A model generated the notes under the pieces. It had not been told where the DNA came from, ran no database searches, and worked only from the letters and a program-made list of their open reading frames with translations. DNA of 64,000 nucleotides from Bacteroidales bacterium (GTDB lineage Bacteria > Bacteroidota > Bacteroidia > Bacteroidales > WCHB1-69): assembly GCA_024686335.1 (NCBI GenBank), contig JAILCI010000007.1, positions 16,869 to 80,868 on the forward strand, in the 5' to 3' direction. The position numbers and the translations under genes were made by a program. This document shows, piece after piece, positions 61,329-64,000 of this stretch (position 1 is the stretch's first letter; each line of letters opens with the position of its first letter).

Positions 61329-63566
61329 TCATCGGGGCTCCAGCTCCAGCGTGACGGTGTGTGTGGCTTGGTCTAAAGTCTGTGTTTTGACAATACCACG
61401 GCCGGTGATTTTCACCTTGTAGCCGGCGCGTGTCAATTCTCCTATGGCATCCGAGGCTATCATCTTCCGAACATCAGGTACGTTGCCTTTGCTGGGTGTC
61501 CACATTTTATGCTGAATTGTTGGCAGTGTGTCGCGGAGGGGCACTACGAAACGTTCTTCCATTGACAAAGCGGTGGTGTCGTATCCGATATTGGCGAACA
61601 ACTTGTTGAAATAGCGTCTGTTGACAGGATAGTTGCCTACTGCCGGATTATAGGGTAACTCTTCTGCCTTCCGCATTGCGCTATAATTGGAGCGGTTCAT
61701 CATGGCACGAGCTATCCTCGCGAATGCATCGACTGCTACCTCACTGTGCTGAGGAACGTAGTAGATGTAGATGATCATAGTGTATTGTGGATTCTCCATA
61801 GGGAAGTAGCCGCAGAAGGAGACAGCGTTATGGTTATAGTCGTAACAGTTGTGTTCCTGGTCCCAGATGTCACGTGTTCCCGTCTTGCCGGCAAAATGGC
61901 AGGTGGAGTCCTTGTAACGGCGGCCCGTACCATATTTTCCCCAAACAACGTTTTCCAGGTATTTTCTCGCTTTGGCGACGTTGGTAGGTGAGACAAGTTG
62001 CTCATTTAGCACTTCAGCATCAAAACGCTGTATGGTATCGTAATTGTTAGTCACATATTTGATGAAGAGTGGAGCCACCATTTTGCCGTTGTTGGCTATA
62101 GCGTTATAGTAGACTAGTGTATGCAGAATCGGGATGTTGAAGCCAGCACCGAAGCATACACCGTAGTAATTGTCGAAACGGCCGTCGTTGCGGATTGTCG
62201 CAGGTAGAATGTCTCCCAACTGTGTGTGGATTGTGTCCATGATACCAAGCTTCATAAGTTGCTTTCGGTAGTTGGCAAAACCTTTCATGCCATATGTGTC
62301 AAAAACCATAGAAGCGACACCGATATTGGAGGAGCGTTGGATGATCTCACTAACTGTACCAAGTGTCTCCCCGTGTACTTCTGAGTCCTGTTTGTAGTAT
62401 CTGCGGTAGTTGCCGGATTTTAGTGGATATTCGAAAGTGTGGACAAACATGGGGAAGGTGCATGTGGTGTCGTCAGAACGTTTTTCAAGGAAGGTGAGCA
62501 GAGAGGCTAGCTTGAAAGTGGAACCGGGCTCTACCTTAGCGTTGAAGGCATACTCCATACTTTCGTCGTAGTGGCCGTTGGCATCTCTTTTCAAGTTAGA
62601 AATGGCTTTGATTTCGCCAGTCTTGGTTTCCATGACTATGGCACAGCCCCAATGGGCGCCTAACTCGCTGAGTTTTAATGCCAACTCGTTGTGAACGTAG
62701 TTTTGAATTTCTCCATCAATGGTGCTGTGGAGGTTATATCCGTCGATGGGTTCGATACGGTCCTTCAGAGGCACTACCGTCCTGTTGAGTCGGAGGTATT
62801 TCTTGCTGCCCTGTTGGCCTGCTAAGAGCTTGTCCATGAAAAACTCCATGCCGTAGTGCTTGCCCTCTACGTTCATACCGAGAGTACGGCGGGCAATATC
62901 ACCATAGGGGTTGATACGTACTGAGGTGGGCACGTAGTTAAGATATGAGCGCATCTTGCGTTTACCTTCACCACGTTCCCAACACTTCAGGTTTTTGATA
63001 TAAGAGGTGTCGCGGCCGCTGACCCAGGATTTTTCATCCCACTCTTTTACGGCAAAAAGTGTGCGGTATTTTTTCTTCTTGACAGCTTGGGTGAAGAAGT
63101 CTTTGTAATAACTTTCAGTGTATTTCGGATAACGGTCTTTGAATTGGGCGTAGAGGTCTTTGGAGAGAGTGGTGAAGAGATTGTCGAAAGCCTTTGGGTC
63201 TTTGGAGAGAGTATCTTTATATTCGTTGGCGAAGCGGATACCGTCGAATGCGACTTCAAAGACTGTGAAGTTGCCTACGAGGAGACGACCATGGTCATCG
63301 TAGATTTCGCCTCTTACTGGTGACAGGTTGTTGTTGAGCACAAAACAATTGAAGAGGGTGTCATTAGGAGATGGTACGTATGAGGAGTCGGTGGTGTCAA
63401 GCACTTTGGAGCCGCTTCCGTTAGACATAGCGCCCTCAGCAATGCCCAACCGGAGAATCATCACCAGACAGGCAGCGCCCAGCAGCACCATCAATCCATA
63501 AATGACATAGCTGCGGATCTTGAACGACTTCATGAAGTCTTCATTATTTTGATTTCTCTTCCGCAT
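61329..63566 (-). CDS. ftsI: Class B penicillin-binding protein (FtsI/PBP3-like transpeptidase) with a C-terminal PASTA-like domain
   Basis: 745 aa with an N-terminal TM anchor and the motifs STFK (PGSTFKLASL), SSN (RSSNIG) and KTGT (AGKTGT). An alternative start at ATG 63533 would remove the 23-nt overlap with ftsL. Confidence 0.9.
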   Translation of the reverse strand: MRKRNQNNEDFMKSFKIRSYVIYGLMVLLGAACLVMILRLGIAEGAMSNGSGSKVLDTTDSSYVPSPNDTLFNCFVLNNNLSPVRGEIYDDHGRLLVGNFTVFEVAFDGIRFANEYKDTLSKDPKAFDNLFTTLSKDLYAQFKDRYPKYTESYYKDFFTQAVKKKKYRTLFAVKEWDEKSWVSGRDTSYIKNLKCWERGEGKRKMRSYLNYVPTSVRINPYGDIARRTLGMNVEGKHYGMEFFMDKLLAGQQGSKKYLRLNRTVVPLKDRIEPIDGYNLHSTIDGEIQNYVHNELALKLSELGAHWGCAIVMETKTGEIKAISNLKRDANGHYDESMEYAFNAKVEPGSTFKLASLLTFLEKRSDDTTCTFPMFVHTFEYPLKSGNYRRYYKQDSEVHGETLGTVSEIIQRSSNIGVASMVFDTYGMKGFANYRKQLMKLGIMDTIHTQLGDILPATIRNDGRFDNYYGVCFGAGFNIPILHTLVYYNAIANNGKMVAPLFIKYVTNNYDTIQRFDAEVLNEQLVSPTNVAKARKYLENVVWGKYGTGRRYKDSTCHFAGKTGTRDIWDQEHNCYDYNHNAVSFCGYFPMENPQYTMIIYIYYVPQHSEVAVDAFARIARAMMNRSNYSAMRKAEELPYNPAVGNYPVNRRYFNKLFANIGYDTTALSMEERFVVPLRDTLPTIQHKMWTPSKGNVPDVRKMIASDAIGELTRAGYKVKITGRGIVKTQTLDQATHTVTLELEPR

Positions 63567-63987
63567 CTTTCTTCTTGTCTTTTTCTTTGTCTTTTCTAAA
63601 TATGTTCTTTAGCCACAAGAACTTCTCCTTTTTTGGCGTGGTGATGGTGACGGTATAGTCGGATGACTCGTCAAAGACGTACCCGCGTCCTTTCAGTGTC
63701 TCGATGAGGGCCTTATTTTGTTCATACGGAATGAATTGGTTGTTGGCCTTCAGCTTGCTGATTTCGGTTTTATATTCTTGTTCTAACTTCTTTATCTTTT
63801 TCTGTTTCTGCACAATACGTTGCTCGCTGAGTATGGCGATGCCGACGAGCAGCATGAGTATGACGAAGTAGAGATACCACGGACGCATCCTCGGATCTGT
63901 GAGGAACTCGCCGCCGAACACCTTGTTGAAAAGGCTCTCAGACTTGGGGTCTTTCTGTTTCTCGGGTATGTCGCTGGTGGATCTCAT
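63544..63987 (-). CDS. ftsL: FtsL-like cell division protein (Bacteroidota type)
   Basis: 147 aa. It has a single TM segment (WYLYFVILMLLVGIAILS) followed by a coiled-coil region (QKQKKIKKLEQEYKTEISKLK). It lies directly upstream of ftsI. Confidence 0.7.
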   Translation of the reverse strand: MRSTSDIPEKQKDPKSESLFNKVFGGEFLTDPRMRPWYLYFVILMLLVGIAILSEQRIVQKQKKIKKLEQEYKTEISKLKANNQFIPYEQNKALIETLKGRGYVFDESSDYTVTITTPKKEKFLWLKNIFRKDKEKDKKKDAEEKSK

Positions 63988-64000
63988 CGCTTAATGGGAG

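Noticed and set aside
63988-64000. Possible 3' end of rsmH (a minus-strand TAA at 63991-63993, 3 nt upstream of the ftsL ATG).
   Set aside because: Only about 7 coding nucleotides are visible. The gene is expected from dcw synteny, but this window cannot support it.

Overview
This 64-kb window looks like an ordinary chromosomal segment of a Bacteroidota (Bacteroidales-like) genome. Supporting signs: TAnnTTTG -7 promoter boxes recur upstream of many genes, one protein carries a T9SS C-terminal sorting domain, MurF and alanine racemase are fused, and a DUF3467 gene follows rpoC. I see about 45 protein genes. I found no rRNA, tRNA, CRISPR array, transposase, integrase or recognisable defence island. 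In order, the window contains: (1) the 5' part of a C10 protease gene at the left edge; (2) azlCD; (3) a minus-strand string of a gldA-like ABC ATPase, a molybdopterin-oxidoreductase-like ORF, sppA, an SRD5A-type steroid 5-alpha-reductase homologue and an FAD protein; (4) envelope genes (flippase-like protein, cytidylyltransferase, M23/LysM peptidase, oxidoreductase, murF-alr); (5) rpmE, lon and meaB; (6) a 932-aa amidase with a CUB-like module; (7) udk; (8) a compact four-gene envelope operon of unknown function that includes an extreme low-complexity lipoprotein; (9) proS and mazG; (10) a PorE-like OmpA protein; (11) a 10.6-kb ORF for a 3,524-aa T9SS-tailed adhesin-like protein; (12) an msbA-like ABC exporter and trmB; (13) the conserved secE-nusG-rplKAJL-rpoBC block; (14) convergent to it, the proximal half of the dcw cluster (ftsL, ftsI, murE, mraY, a murD-like ORF, ftsW). 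The most unusual items: the murD slot holds only a 181-aa, C-terminal-domain-only, motif-degenerate ORF; the dcw cluster stops at ftsW; the four-gene operon at 21.9-27.1 kb has no obvious function; the giant gene has a mosaic architecture; and rpoB appears to start at TTG. All functional calls come from reading the translations against remembered family signatures. No database search was run.
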